The notes below the pieces were generated by a model. That model was not told where the DNA came from and did not search any database. It was given only the letters and a program-made list of their open reading frames with translations. DNA of 64,000 nucleotides. It comes from a virus (Duplodnaviria; Caudoviricetes). Of this stretch, positions 39,734 through 48,511 are shown in pieces (the first letter of the stretch is position 1; each line of letters starts with the position of its first letter). Both the position numbers and the translations under genes were made by a program. The stretch spans positions 32,001-96,000 of IMG/VR virus record IMGVR_UViG_3300033069_001185. The stretch is one strand, 5' to 3'.

Positions 39734-40203
39734 TTGTATTTCCTCATGTTACCACGAATAAGTTGTCTGCGAGCAGGTGTTAGAAAATCCACGAACAATA
39801 CACCTTTCATATGGTCGTGTTCGTGTTGTAGCACATGTCCAAGCAATCCATCCACAGTTTCTGTGGTGTGTTTCATTTGAAGATCGTCGTACTCGATATC
39901 AATACTCTCGTATCGCCTGACAGTATCAAAAAAACCCGGCAAAGACAGACAGCCTTCCAGCATTGGGACTTTGGGTTGGGTAGATTTTACCTTCAGGTTC
40001 AAATATACCTGAAGACCTTTGCCAACGTCGGCAACGATAACTTGTTTGAGAACGCCAATCTGAACCGCAGATAGCCCTACGCCACCTGCGATCTTCATGG
40101 ATTCATGCATATCAGACACTAGCTGTTTGATATCGTCCGTTACTTCAGCCACAGGCTCGCTTATTTTCTTAAGAGTAGGGTGTGGCCAAAGCAAGATTTT
40201 CAC
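39730..40203 (-). CDS. def: peptide deformylase
   Basis: GVGLSAVQIG, EGCLS, QHEHDH motifs. Confidence 0.95.
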   Translation of the reverse strand: MKILLWPHPTLKKISEPVAEVTDDIKQLVSDMHESMKIAGGVGLSAVQIGVLKQVIVADVGKGLQVYLNLKVKSTQPKVPMLEGCLSLPGFFDTVRRYESIDIEYDDLQMKHTTETVDGLLGHVLQHEHDHMKGVLFVDFLTPARRQLIRGNMRKYK

Positions 40204-40212
40204 AGTAATCCT

Positions 40213-40551
40213 TTAATTGAGTAGATCGTCGTCTTTGCGCTTATCCCCAACACCGCCCAGCAAGTCTTTGATTTCTTGCTCAAGATTGGACATCTGCGCT
40301 TTCATTGAGGTCGAATTCAAAAGCCCAAGCGCCTTCTGAAGCTCTTCCTCTTGCTTGAGTTCTTCTGGAGTAAGCTGACCGAACTCAGCGAACATCGAAT
40401 TACAGCGGGTACATGCATGTACTTCTACAGTACCGTTTCCTTCAGACTTTGCCTGAATAAATCTGGGGAGGGTCTGTCCAGCCTTCCATTTTTGGTGGCC
40501 AACAACAGCGCATTTGATTTTATTGAGTAGGTTTTTCATTGTTTTTCCCAT
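40213..40551 (-). CDS. hypothetical protein with possible Zn site
   Basis: C...GH and CTRC. Confidence 0.55.
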   Translation of the reverse strand: MGKTMKNLLNKIKCAVVGHQKWKAGQTLPRFIQAKSEGNGTVEVHACTRCNSMFAEFGQLTPEELKQEEELQKALGLLNSTSMKAQMSNLEQEIKDLLGGVGDKRKDDDLLN

Positions 40552-40757
40552 TTGTCACAGACATTACATTCAGTTTCTTGGTTATACCAAACTTCACAGC
40601 CGTTTTCTCCATAAACCATACAAAGCAGTTGTTGGCAAGTATCTGTATGGGACTGTACACATTTGTAGTTAAATTCTCTGTATATCTGACCACCGAAGAT
40701 AAATAGCGCTCCGGCAACAAGGAAAACGAAACAGAATTCAAACCAATCAATCTTCAT
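40536..40757 (-). CDS. small membrane-anchored Cys-rich protein
   Basis: N-terminal TM segment; C-x6-C...C...CxxC. Confidence 0.55.
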   Translation of the reverse strand: MKIDWFEFCFVFLVAGALFIFGGQIYREFNYKCVQSHTDTCQQLLCMVYGENGCEVWYNQETECNVCDKWEKQ

Positions 40758-41049
40758 TGTTTAGATATTGCTTCAGTTCGTTGTTTTTGTCAAGGCCCTT
40801 CTTTTGATATACAATCTGGCTTTTATCAATAACCATTACAACAGGTACAGCTTGGATTTTGTAATCTTCGTGAAGATCTGACTTCGTGCAATCAATCTTC
40901 ACGAACGTTGCGTCTACTTCGTCCTCTAGCTCTTCTAGCTGAATAGCGGTCTGTTTGCAAGGCTGGCAGGTTGGCGTGCAAAAGAAAACAACAGTAGGTC
41001 CTGAATCCAATACTGCGGCAAGGGCTTCTTTGGTAGTAATTTCAATCAT
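40747..41049 (-). CDS. thioredoxin
   Basis: CQPC active site, cis-Pro motif IQAVP. Confidence 0.88.
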   Translation of the reverse strand: MIEITTKEALAAVLDSGPTVVFFCTPTCQPCKQTAIQLEELEDEVDATFVKIDCTKSDLHEDYKIQAVPVVMVIDKSQIVYQKKGLDKNNELKQYLNNED

Positions 41050-41216
41050 TTGAGTAGATCTCTCTTCTTTAGCTTGAGGGTTTTGATTAGCTTATTAAGA
41101 TTAGCGGCAACCGACTTATTAAGCTTATTCGAAGGCTCGGCCTGCAAAAAGTACCGAAGAACCAGCCTGTCTTCACCCTCGCCTACACGCACTACTATAT
41201 CAATCTTAGTTTTCAT
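41046..41216 (-). CDS. small basic hypothetical protein (56 aa, not in ORF track)
   Basis: MKTKIDIVVRVGEG...KKRDLLK, with ATGA overlaps at both ends. Confidence 0.6.
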   Translation of the reverse strand: MKTKIDIVVRVGEGEDRLVLRYFLQAEPSNKLNKSVAANLNKLIKTLKLKKRDLLK

Positions 41217-42202
41217 TTATGTTCAGTCCCGCTGTTGCGCATTTTATATTCTTCGCTCACTGCCTTCAGGACCACACGACCGACTTCCATATCGAATGTT
41301 TCCTTGGTTGGTCGCAAAATCACACCTTCCCGGATTGTATTGGCATCCAACGTAGACATGCCTGACCGGAGAGCTAGAACTTCTTCTGTGAAAGGGCCTC
41401 TGTAGAGTTCCGGAACGTTTTCCAGACCCACAGAATTCACCATCGCAACCCGATCGTCATAATCCAGAAACTTTCGGGCAACAGTGTCAAAAATATCAAA
41501 GACCTTGAACCTAAAACCCTCTTCCGGAGGAACTCCATACTTAAGGTCTTGAACCGCTCCATATGTTTCTCCAAAGAAGGCCATGTTAGGACAAGCCTTC
41601 AGCCTGTTCTCCAAATCATACTTCAGGGCGATTTTCCACCACAGGCTGTTACCGTCCTTCTTTTTGATGCACCCGTGACTACCAACCCACAGACGATCAT
41701 CCTTGTACAAGAAGCGACTATTGCACCCATGGATCTTTTCTGTGACTACAACGTCTTCTCCGGACTTCAATACCGGATACTTGAAATAAGACTCAACGGA
41801 ATATACTGGCATGTACTGAGGATCTGACTCATTGTCGGTCCTCATACTGAAATCTTCCGGCTCTACATACTTGGTTACTCCAAGAGATTCGGAAGCTTCT
41901 TGACCCTCTTGCATATCGATACTGGGCTTAATCAGAACGCCTTCTGAATAGATACCGCGAAGACGAACCGGCTTGATTCTGTATGTACCGCCTTTGCCCT
42001 TCTTATCCAAGAAGGAGAACTCCGGACGGGCTAGATCTACTACTGCGTCATAAGGAACATAAACGGCCAGATCCCCAACAGAGAATTGCTCTGTTCTGAA
42101 AATGACGTTCTGGCCGAAAACCTGTGTTATTGATAGAGAATCAGCATTTGGGTGCTTGCCAAGCTTATCAATCTTAACGACCTGTACGCTGAAATTGCTC
42201 AT
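41213..42202 (-). CDS. RNA ligase (DRB0094/Rnl5-like) with N-terminal OB fold
   Basis: HPNADSL N-terminus, TEKIHG motif I, FFGE, VFDI, REGVI, LKAVS. Confidence 0.9.
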   Translation of the reverse strand: MSNFSVQVVKIDKLGKHPNADSLSITQVFGQNVIFRTEQFSVGDLAVYVPYDAVVDLARPEFSFLDKKGKGGTYRIKPVRLRGIYSEGVLIKPSIDMQEGQEASESLGVTKYVEPEDFSMRTDNESDPQYMPVYSVESYFKYPVLKSGEDVVVTEKIHGCNSRFLYKDDRLWVGSHGCIKKKDGNSLWWKIALKYDLENRLKACPNMAFFGETYGAVQDLKYGVPPEEGFRFKVFDIFDTVARKFLDYDDRVAMVNSVGLENVPELYRGPFTEEVLALRSGMSTLDANTIREGVILRPTKETFDMEVGRVVLKAVSEEYKMRNSGTEHK

Positions 42203-42205
42203 TGG

Positions 42206-42515
42206 TTATCCCCAAAATAGTCTATAGCAATCATCCAGATTAATGATTGTGTTGTGACTATACACTTCTATCTGGTCAATTGTCAATGACGGTCTATCTT
42301 TTTCTTTAGAATTAATATACACACCCTAGCGTTCCGCAAAACAAAACGCAACTTAGGTGTGAGCCAGTAAAATCACAATATCGACAATCAGATCCCGAAA
42401 AGTCAATACCAAGAAGGTGGTATCCGGCGAAGTTTGCATGGGACAGATTCATTTTCGTAAAACTACCTCGGCCATAAAGAATTTTTCTGATTTCTTTTTG
42501 AGTAGGTCTCTACAT
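42206..42515 (-). pseudogene. pseudogene of pentapeptide/NxDD family
   Basis: ATG TAG AGA CCT ACT CAA (M*RPTQ versus paralog MYRPTQ); NLSHANFAG..LLGIDFSGSDCRYCDFTGS; frameshift near 42320; tail IINLDDCYRLFWG*. Confidence 0.75.
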
Positions 42516-42838
42516 TACAGTTTCATTTTCTGAAGTCTGCCTTCAGAGTTAGTGAAAAATACAGTCTTTACTCCGTTCTGCCTCAAATATTCTTCACACT
42601 TCGGACATGGCTTGGCATTGCCGAATGTACCATCTTTCCTGAACCGGATCGAATAGACTTTTGTTCCTTTGCGCATACTGGGCCAAAGACATTCCAAAGC
42701 TCTCACTTCTGCGTGTACTTTATTGAAGTTGGACTTAAAGGCGACAATAGCGCCGCCAGAAACCACAAAAGCCGCATGATGATGCTGCTTGTGGTTTGAC
42801 TTTCGACAAGTTTTGATAGCAGATTCAAGATTAAACAT
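42515..42838 (-). CDS. Zn-dependent cytidine/dCMP deaminase-fold protein
   Basis: HAE and PCPKC motifs. Confidence 0.85.
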   Translation of the reverse strand: MFNLESAIKTCRKSNHKQHHHAAFVVSGGAIVAFKSNFNKVHAEVRALECLWPSMRKGTKVYSIRFRKDGTFGNAKPCPKCEEYLRQNGVKTVFFTNSEGRLQKMKL

Positions 42839-42844
42839 AGTAGG

Positions 42845-42874
42845 TTTATATCACATAATGATATGAAATGTCAA
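42845..42874 (-). promoter_or_regulatory. sigma70-like promoter TTGACA-N18-TATAAA, leaderless deaminase mRNA
   Basis: aggTTGACAtttcatatcattatgTGaTATAAA, then 6 nt to the ATG. Confidence 0.72.
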
Positions 42875-43032
42875 CCTAATAGAAGGGATACGTCCAAGCC
42901 CAAATCGAGGCATTTTTGATAAATGTCTGAATTCACAATGAAGACAGTCACTACTCCCGGTTTACTATTTCCGATGGATGGGAGAGAAAACGCGTCTGGT
43001 TCTCTGTCGTTTATTGAAATAAAAACCGGCAA
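42871..43032 (-). CDS. small hypothetical protein (53 aa, TTG start)
   Basis: AAGGA RBS upstream of TTG; manual translation MPVFISINDRE...LLLG. Confidence 0.4.
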   Translation of the reverse strand: MPVFISINDREPDAFSLPSIGNSKPGVVTVFIVNSDIYQKCLDLGLDVSLLLG

Positions 43033-43160
43033 GGGTCTGTTTCCTTAGGCTTATCCGGATTTATAGGCTCTGGAGGAGGGGTCGGTATCTCAAGCTGTGG
43101 GCGTTCTGTTATCACTGGTTTTTTCTTTGTCTTATCGATAAGCCAAGGAGGCAGATCCAT
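43011..43160 (-). CDS. small Pro-rich protein (49 aa)
   Basis: MDLPPWLIDK...ERPQLEIPTPPPEP; TAATG overlap with upstream ORF. Confidence 0.5.
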   Translation of the reverse strand: MDLPPWLIDKTKKKPVITERPQLEIPTPPPEPINPDKPKETDPCRFLFQ

Positions 43161-43333
43161 TACTCGTCACCGTTTTCGGTGTTTGCTTTGATATAGGCCT
43201 CAAATTCTGCAATCTTCTTTTCTACTGCCTTCATCTTTTCTTCTAGGATAGCTACGGTATCGACACAGCGATCAAACTCGTCGCACGCTGAGCACTGATA
43301 ACCGTTATAATAGTCTTCGCATGTACATTTCAT
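43160..43333 (-). CDS. small Cys-rich coiled-coil protein (57 aa)
   Basis: MKCTCEDYYNGYQCSAC...; ATGA overlap. Confidence 0.55.
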   Translation of the reverse strand: MKCTCEDYYNGYQCSACDEFDRCVDTVAILEEKMKAVEKKIAEFEAYIKANTENGDE

Positions 43334-43974
43334 CGGAAACGCTCCGTTAAGATATCAAAAACAACCTTTTCAACTGTAGCACGATCTGGTTCGTCTGGCA
43401 ACAAAGACTTGTTTTTGATATCTGCCCATGACTCTTTGTAGTAGACAAATTCTTTCTCAACGTCAGACCACGGCGTCTGACCAGAACGGATCTTCAATAA
43501 ATCGGGGATATCCTTTTCTCTCCTTACGACAAACCCTCCGGTCGTTAAGACCTCGTTCCCGGTACGAAGGAGTCTGATTAGGTGCATTGCGTCTTTTCTG
43601 TCAAAGCCGTTCTTGATAATTCTTTGGTAATTGCCAATAGCATAGCCTAGATATGTATGGGCGAGCTTCTTGCTTAGGAAAGCCCTCCTGTGAGTTCTCA
43701 GTTGGCTAGCGAACTCGTCTTCAAACAGGATGCAATCCCTAGGAGCAAATAATGTTTCCAACACGTTGGGATTGCCGGACAAGCACATATTGATATACTT
43801 ACGGAACTCCCAAAACATGACATCGCCATCGCCTGCAATTGACTCAGGCCCTTTGCTAAGGCCAAAGAAGTGTTGGTCCGATGGAAGATACCAGCCACGG
43901 ATATCTAGATCTGAATCTTGAACATTAGTTCCATACATGTAACTACCTGCGATTACTTTGTAATTAGGATTCAT
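43330..43974 (-). CDS. Pol-beta-family nucleotidyltransferase (RlaP/YcgL-like)
   Basis: GSYMYG...SDLDIRG, GNPNVLETL, KDAMHLIRLL. Confidence 0.85.
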   Translation of the reverse strand: MNPNYKVIAGSYMYGTNVQDSDLDIRGWYLPSDQHFFGLSKGPESIAGDGDVMFWEFRKYINMCLSGNPNVLETLFAPRDCILFEDEFASQLRTHRRAFLSKKLAHTYLGYAIGNYQRIIKNGFDRKDAMHLIRLLRTGNEVLTTGGFVVRREKDIPDLLKIRSGQTPWSDVEKEFVYYKESWADIKNKSLLPDEPDRATVEKVVFDILTERFR

Positions 43975-44362
43975 ACCATTCCATAAAGTCGTCTATGTTC
44001 ATAAGAGTATCGCTTGAATGGTCCTGCCATTCCTTGTCGATGCGGTCTGTCGTATGTTCACCAATTCCAAACCACCATACTACACTGAAACTTTTCGGTT
44101 TCAGCCAGTTGAATTTAACGAATCTTGCCTCAAGTAGCTGTTTCTTTGACAAGTCGGTGTCCCGAAAAACACAGCTATTGAATACAGTGCCAGTAAGCTT
44201 TGTGTTTGTAAAGTTGCTTTTTCTTAGCAACCTATTCGAGAAAATCAATCCCGATAGATCCATATTGCTAAAATCAGCAGGTATGAAATTAGGATCAAAC
44301 CAGCGGATTTCGTCTGTTTTGTCAAGATAACAATCCAGTTCTTCTTGGGTTAACTTTTTCAA
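43964..44362 (-). CDS. pentapeptide-repeat protein with NxDD tail (start likely TTG at 44362)
   Basis: ADFSNMDLSGLIFS..SNFTNTKLTGTVF; tail MNIDDFMEWY. Confidence 0.8.
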   Translation of the reverse strand: MKKLTQEELDCYLDKTDEIRWFDPNFIPADFSNMDLSGLIFSNRLLRKSNFTNTKLTGTVFNSCVFRDTDLSKKQLLEARFVKFNWLKPKSFSVVWWFGIGEHTTDRIDKEWQDHSSDTLMNIDDFMEWYES

Positions 44363-44760
44363 AATTCCCCCCAAAACTGCAACCAATTATCAACATTTAA
44401 CTGAGGATTAAAGAGCCTATTGCATAATAGTAATAGACCGTCCATGTCTTGGGAGTCCGGAGCGTCGGTAGTAAGTTCAATATATCTACCGCCTGCTGTT
44501 TTGTATATCCTACAACGACCAAAATAGGCGCTCAGTAGTTGTTCTGTAGTAAAGTAACAGCCAGAAATGTCACTATAAAAAAACGTAGCACCCGTCAGCT
44601 TGCAATTGGTAAAATTGCTATATGAGAAATCAAAATTGCTAAAGTCGGTCCAAGACAGATCCATATCGCTAAAATCAGCCCGTTGGCCCTTAGAAGAGTC
44701 CGCTAGCCATTTCACATGCTCAGTGTTAATTTCTAGAAGAGTGGGTCTAGTCAATATCAT
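44359..44760 (-). CDS. pentapeptide-repeat protein with NxDN tail
   Basis: EHVKWL..KGQRADFSDMDLSWTDFSNFDFSYSNF; tail LNVDNWLQFW. Confidence 0.82.
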   Translation of the reverse strand: MILTRPTLLEINTEHVKWLADSSKGQRADFSDMDLSWTDFSNFDFSYSNFTNCKLTGATFFYSDISGCYFTTEQLLSAYFGRCRIYKTAGGRYIELTTDAPDSQDMDGLLLLCNRLFNPQLNVDNWLQFWGEF

Positions 44761-44761
44761 A

Positions 44762-45982
44762 TCAATACCAACAAACACTCAAGTTCTGTTTTGATCTCGT
44801 AAGTGCCGTATACAGCCAGCGACGGCCCGTCATACTGAAAGGCTTCACTGTTTCCTCCAAGACCACCAATACGTCATTTGCCTCTGAACCCTGAGACTTA
44901 TGACAACTCAGTACATAGCCGTAATTTGCACTTACATATACACAGGATTCCGGCAGAACTCCAGAGCTTTTCTTTCTTTTGAGGAGTTTCTTGCACCCAT
45001 TGCTAGCTGCCGACGGGCTGATCTTCATTTCGCCTTGGAGTTCTTGTTGGGAGATCAGACAGTGTTTACCCCCAACAAGCTCTACATACCAGTAATCAAC
45101 GATATCGCTCTGTCCTGTGAACCGATCTGTTACCTTTACGGTTTCAATTCTTTCGACGACCCGTTTGATTACATAGACTTCGCCATTCAGTACCTCATTG
45201 ATATAGTTATTCTTGATAATCAACAAAGGCTCGGTGTCTTCTGGACGACTCATTCGACCGAGCGTTTTTCTGATTGCTTGGTTCAGTCTGTGTCTCGTTT
45301 CGTTGGTGTGGCAAATCACCATACCTTCTTTGGACCATATATCAATACTTTTATCAATAAGCTCGGTCTTATCAACAGAAGGCACGTCGGAAAGTTGTAG
45401 GGCGAATGAATTAGAAGTCCTGACTGCCGTAGCCACCTTGATTATGATACTTTCTTCTGCTTGCCTAAGAACTTCAGACAGGTTCACCCTATAGTCGGCA
45501 TCCATAAGGAAAACACTGAAGCCTGCGTTTTCGGTATCGACCGGGGGTAATTGGAATTCGTCACCAATCAATATCAGGTTTTTGCCCACATTGCTACAAG
45601 TTTCTAGAAGATCTTTGTATAGATCGAAAGTAACCATTGAGGCTTCGTCGATAACGATTGCGTGGTACTTTGGCAGTTCTATATCAATAAGGTCCTTGGA
45701 GGTAAAGTCTAGATTGCCGGTGTTTTGGTCTTCTTTGACTGAATACATCCATTTATGGATCGTTGAGGCTCTGCAACCGGCTACTTCTGCGGCTCTTAGA
45801 GCTGCTTTTCCCGTCGGAGCCAGAACCAGAATACCGTCGGTCTCAGCCAATACTCTCAAAAGACTGGTCTTACCAGTCCCAGCCGGACCATTAACAATAC
45901 AGACGCCTCCTCCGTTAGGGTGCGAAATTCCCAAGTCACGAAAGGCATCCAAAGCCTGTTGCTGTCCTTTTGTTAAGTTCAC
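44762..45982 (-). CDS. SF1B helicase (Dda/RecD2-like)
   Basis: GPAGTGKT, APTGKAA, DEASM, GDEFQLPPV, HKSQGSE, YTALTR. Confidence 0.92.
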   Translation of the reverse strand: MNLTKGQQQALDAFRDLGISHPNGGGVCIVNGPAGTGKTSLLRVLAETDGILVLAPTGKAALRAAEVAGCRASTIHKWMYSVKEDQNTGNLDFTSKDLIDIELPKYHAIVIDEASMVTFDLYKDLLETCSNVGKNLILIGDEFQLPPVDTENAGFSVFLMDADYRVNLSEVLRQAEESIIIKVATAVRTSNSFALQLSDVPSVDKTELIDKSIDIWSKEGMVICHTNETRHRLNQAIRKTLGRMSRPEDTEPLLIIKNNYINEVLNGEVYVIKRVVERIETVKVTDRFTGQSDIVDYWYVELVGGKHCLISQQELQGEMKISPSAASNGCKKLLKRKKSSGVLPESCVYVSANYGYVLSCHKSQGSEANDVLVVLEETVKPFSMTGRRWLYTALTRSKQNLSVCWY

Positions 45983-47121
45983 TCTAGGATGTCCATACGA
46001 TTTGGGCCAAAACTCGCTGCAAATTCAACGGTCGGGAAAGTAGATCTCATAAAGTCTAGAACTTCGTAAACGAAAGCGCCTAAAGTGAGACCTTGTGCCG
46101 GAATGTACTTGGCAGAAAAGCCAAGTCCGAATGCCGAAAAGCTACCATATTGATACAATACGTCAAGCTTCGTCAGGTACACCTTATAGCACCCATTGAT
46201 ACGAATTGCATACTGAAGTTCTTTGAGGTCCATGTGAGCAATCCTGCGAGGTCGTCCAGTAGTCGCTCCGAATTCCCCGCCCAATTGTCGCAAACCCTCT
46301 GCTGCTGCGATCTCCCACTCATAAGGAAGATGCCCATTGCCAACTCTAGTAGTATAGGCCTTTGCTACGCCGATACAGTTATTGATATAGTGAGGGGGAA
46401 AACCAGTGCCAGTTGCGGCTCCACCAGCCGTACAATTGCTGCTAGTGACATAAGGATAGGTGCCGTGATCAACGTCTAGCATTGTTCCTTGCGCGCCTTC
46501 GAAGATCACACCGCCAGAAGCAATCATGTCTGGCACAAGGTCTTCCACAGAGAACCGATTTGGAAAAGAGTTTCCAGACAGACCAATAACCCGCAAGCCC
46601 TTTCTCCCAACCTTGTCTTCGTAGGCCGGTCCAATCCCTCGATTCGTAGTACCAATATGACCGTTTGTTTCTTTGTCCCTCGAAACGTGCTCTTTGGTTA
46701 TGACATGAGCCCTAGGACTCACGTAAATATTGCTTTCCGTATCCACTCCTAGATCGGAAATCATCTTGATCTCGTCATTTAGCTGATCAATATCGACGAC
46801 ACAGCCGTTACCGATAAAGCAAGTCTTACGGCTAAAGATTCCGGAAGGCACTTGGTGCAAAACCACTTTCTTCCCATTATCCAGATAGACCGTATGGCCA
46901 GCGTTGTTGCCGCCTTGATAACGGGCAACGTATCGATAGTACCCGTCTCGGCAAAGGTAGTCAATGATTTTACCTTTACCTTCGTCTCCGTACTGTAAGC
47001 CTACAACTACTGTATTTAATCTTGGCAATTTACGGCTCCACTTGAGATATTTCGCAGATTCTACACCATTACCCATGAAACAACAACCCCGAGGGTTCGC
47101 CTCGGGGTTTATATCATTCAA
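45979..47121 (-). CDS. purA: adenylosuccinate synthetase (compact form)
   Basis: QYGDEGKGK, NNAGHT, EGAQG, YPYVTSS, TTGRPRR, TKLD. Confidence 0.93.
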   Translation of the reverse strand: MNDINPEANPRGCCFMGNGVESAKYLKWSRKLPRLNTVVVGLQYGDEGKGKIIDYLCRDGYYRYVARYQGGNNAGHTVYLDNGKKVVLHQVPSGIFSRKTCFIGNGCVVDIDQLNDEIKMISDLGVDTESNIYVSPRAHVITKEHVSRDKETNGHIGTTNRGIGPAYEDKVGRKGLRVIGLSGNSFPNRFSVEDLVPDMIASGGVIFEGAQGTMLDVDHGTYPYVTSSNCTAGGAATGTGFPPHYINNCIGVAKAYTTRVGNGHLPYEWEIAAAEGLRQLGGEFGATTGRPRRIAHMDLKELQYAIRINGCYKVYLTKLDVLYQYGSFSAFGLGFSAKYIPAQGLTLGAFVYEVLDFMRSTFPTVEFAASFGPNRMDILE

Positions 47122-48505
47122 AATCAGACAGCATGTAGGTATCAGACTCTTTGGGGATCAGTTCTTTGTAGTTCTCACTCAAGAACCACTTCCAGCGGTG
47201 GGGAAATTCCGGTCTGACGTGATCACCATACCCGTCAGTGATTACCCAAACAGTTGAAGGGTACTTGGACTCTTTCGCCTGAACAATCTTTTGGATACCG
47301 TCTTCAATACAACTGAAACTGGTTCCGCCGAATCCATAAGCCTTGCCTGATTTCAAGTCGGTCGGATAAACCTGTGTATCAAAGCAGAACAATTTAACAT
47401 CAAACCGCTCTTCTGGCAATGTCCGTGCTGCATTGAAGAACCGCTGAGCAAGGTGGGCACAGCTACCGGAGGTGTCCAAGAAGAACCAGACACAAATCCG
47501 TGACTTCTCGTACTCGTCGATCTCGTCCTCTGAAGGAAGCATCAGGTCGCTCGACAATGTAGCAAATCGGCGTGCGGGCTTGATCCATTGTTCGTCGATT
47601 TTAGCCTCAAGGTACTTGCGAGCCCAGTCTTTGACAATGGTCTCCCACTTTTTCTTTGGGAAAACTTTTTCTGTCTTGACGTTCACCCAGCTATTGCCAG
47701 CATCAGCACCAGCCTTCTTGGTGGGAGAATCAACTTTCTTCTCAAGTTCCTTAAGCTCTTTTTCCACCATTTGCTTGAACTTCTTCTTGGCCTTCATGTC
47801 ATTGGAGTCTGTATTATCCAGAACCTCTTTCATGGCCTGTTCAAACTCTTTGGTAACGAAAGACTCAAGCCCGTCGTGGTCGTCAACCGACGACATTGAG
47901 TCAACTTGCTGGCCAAAGCCCGGAGTCTTTTCGAGTTCTTCTTTGATAAGATTGTAGTAGAACTCGAAACTGTTACCTACGGGAGGAATGGCAGATGCCT
48001 TAGCAAAAACCGTGTCAACCCAGCAGTACATATTCTTGGGATCGATCTCTGCCCTATCAAAACCCATGCAATCAACAATGAAGTGATTCACAACGACATC
48101 CAGAGCCAAGTTGGCGTTGTGGAGTTCGGGTCCACGGAGCAAGTTGATGCGTGCTCCATGGTAGAAAAAGACGTGCAAGCATTCGTGGCTGACAACGAAC
48201 AGCTTTTGTTCAAAATTGAGGGAATCCCAAAACACCGGATTAACCACAAAGTCAATGCACTCGCCAATCTTATCAAAATACACAGCCGCAGTCTTGACTT
48301 CCTTAGAAAACCGTGGCTTTGACAGCGACCAGAACTTCTCGAATACCGTGAAGTGTGGCTGGAGCCCTTCTGCCACATCTCGGAACTCTTCCATCGAAAA
48401 CCGACGGTTTGGGATCACCGAAGATTCGTTGTCTGTTTCTGGCACTGCCTGAATGGTTTGTGTTTGCATATTTATGGTTATATCCGGTGTTTGAGTGTGG
48501 GTCAA
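47114..48505 (-). CDS. metallopeptidase-like (HExxH) plus VWA domain protein (DUF2201 type)
   Basis: HECLH, LDTSGS MIDAS motif, GGTSF, ITDG. Confidence 0.88.
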   Translation of the reverse strand: MTHTQTPDITINMQTQTIQAVPETDNESSVIPNRRFSMEEFRDVAEGLQPHFTVFEKFWSLSKPRFSKEVKTAAVYFDKIGECIDFVVNPVFWDSLNFEQKLFVVSHECLHVFFYHGARINLLRGPELHNANLALDVVVNHFIVDCMGFDRAEIDPKNMYCWVDTVFAKASAIPPVGNSFEFYYNLIKEELEKTPGFGQQVDSMSSVDDHDGLESFVTKEFEQAMKEVLDNTDSNDMKAKKKFKQMVEKELKELEKKVDSPTKKAGADAGNSWVNVKTEKVFPKKKWETIVKDWARKYLEAKIDEQWIKPARRFATLSSDLMLPSEDEIDEYEKSRICVWFFLDTSGSCAHLAQRFFNAARTLPEERFDVKLFCFDTQVYPTDLKSGKAYGFGGTSFSCIEDGIQKIVQAKESKYPSTVWVITDGYGDHVRPEFPHRWKWFLSENYKELIPKESDTYMLSDFE

Positions 48506-48511
48506 CGTTTA

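Noticed and set aside
42510-42515. TAG stop-codon reassignment
   Set aside because: Long genes are intact in the standard code, several end in TAG (20609, 51951), and the pseudogene also has a frameshift.
45979-47121. PurZ (2-aminoadenine Z-genome pathway)
   Set aside because: The active site is GDEGKG with the PurA Asp, not the GS(T/E)GKG of PurZ; no DatZ or MazZ is seen and the phage encodes adenine MTases.
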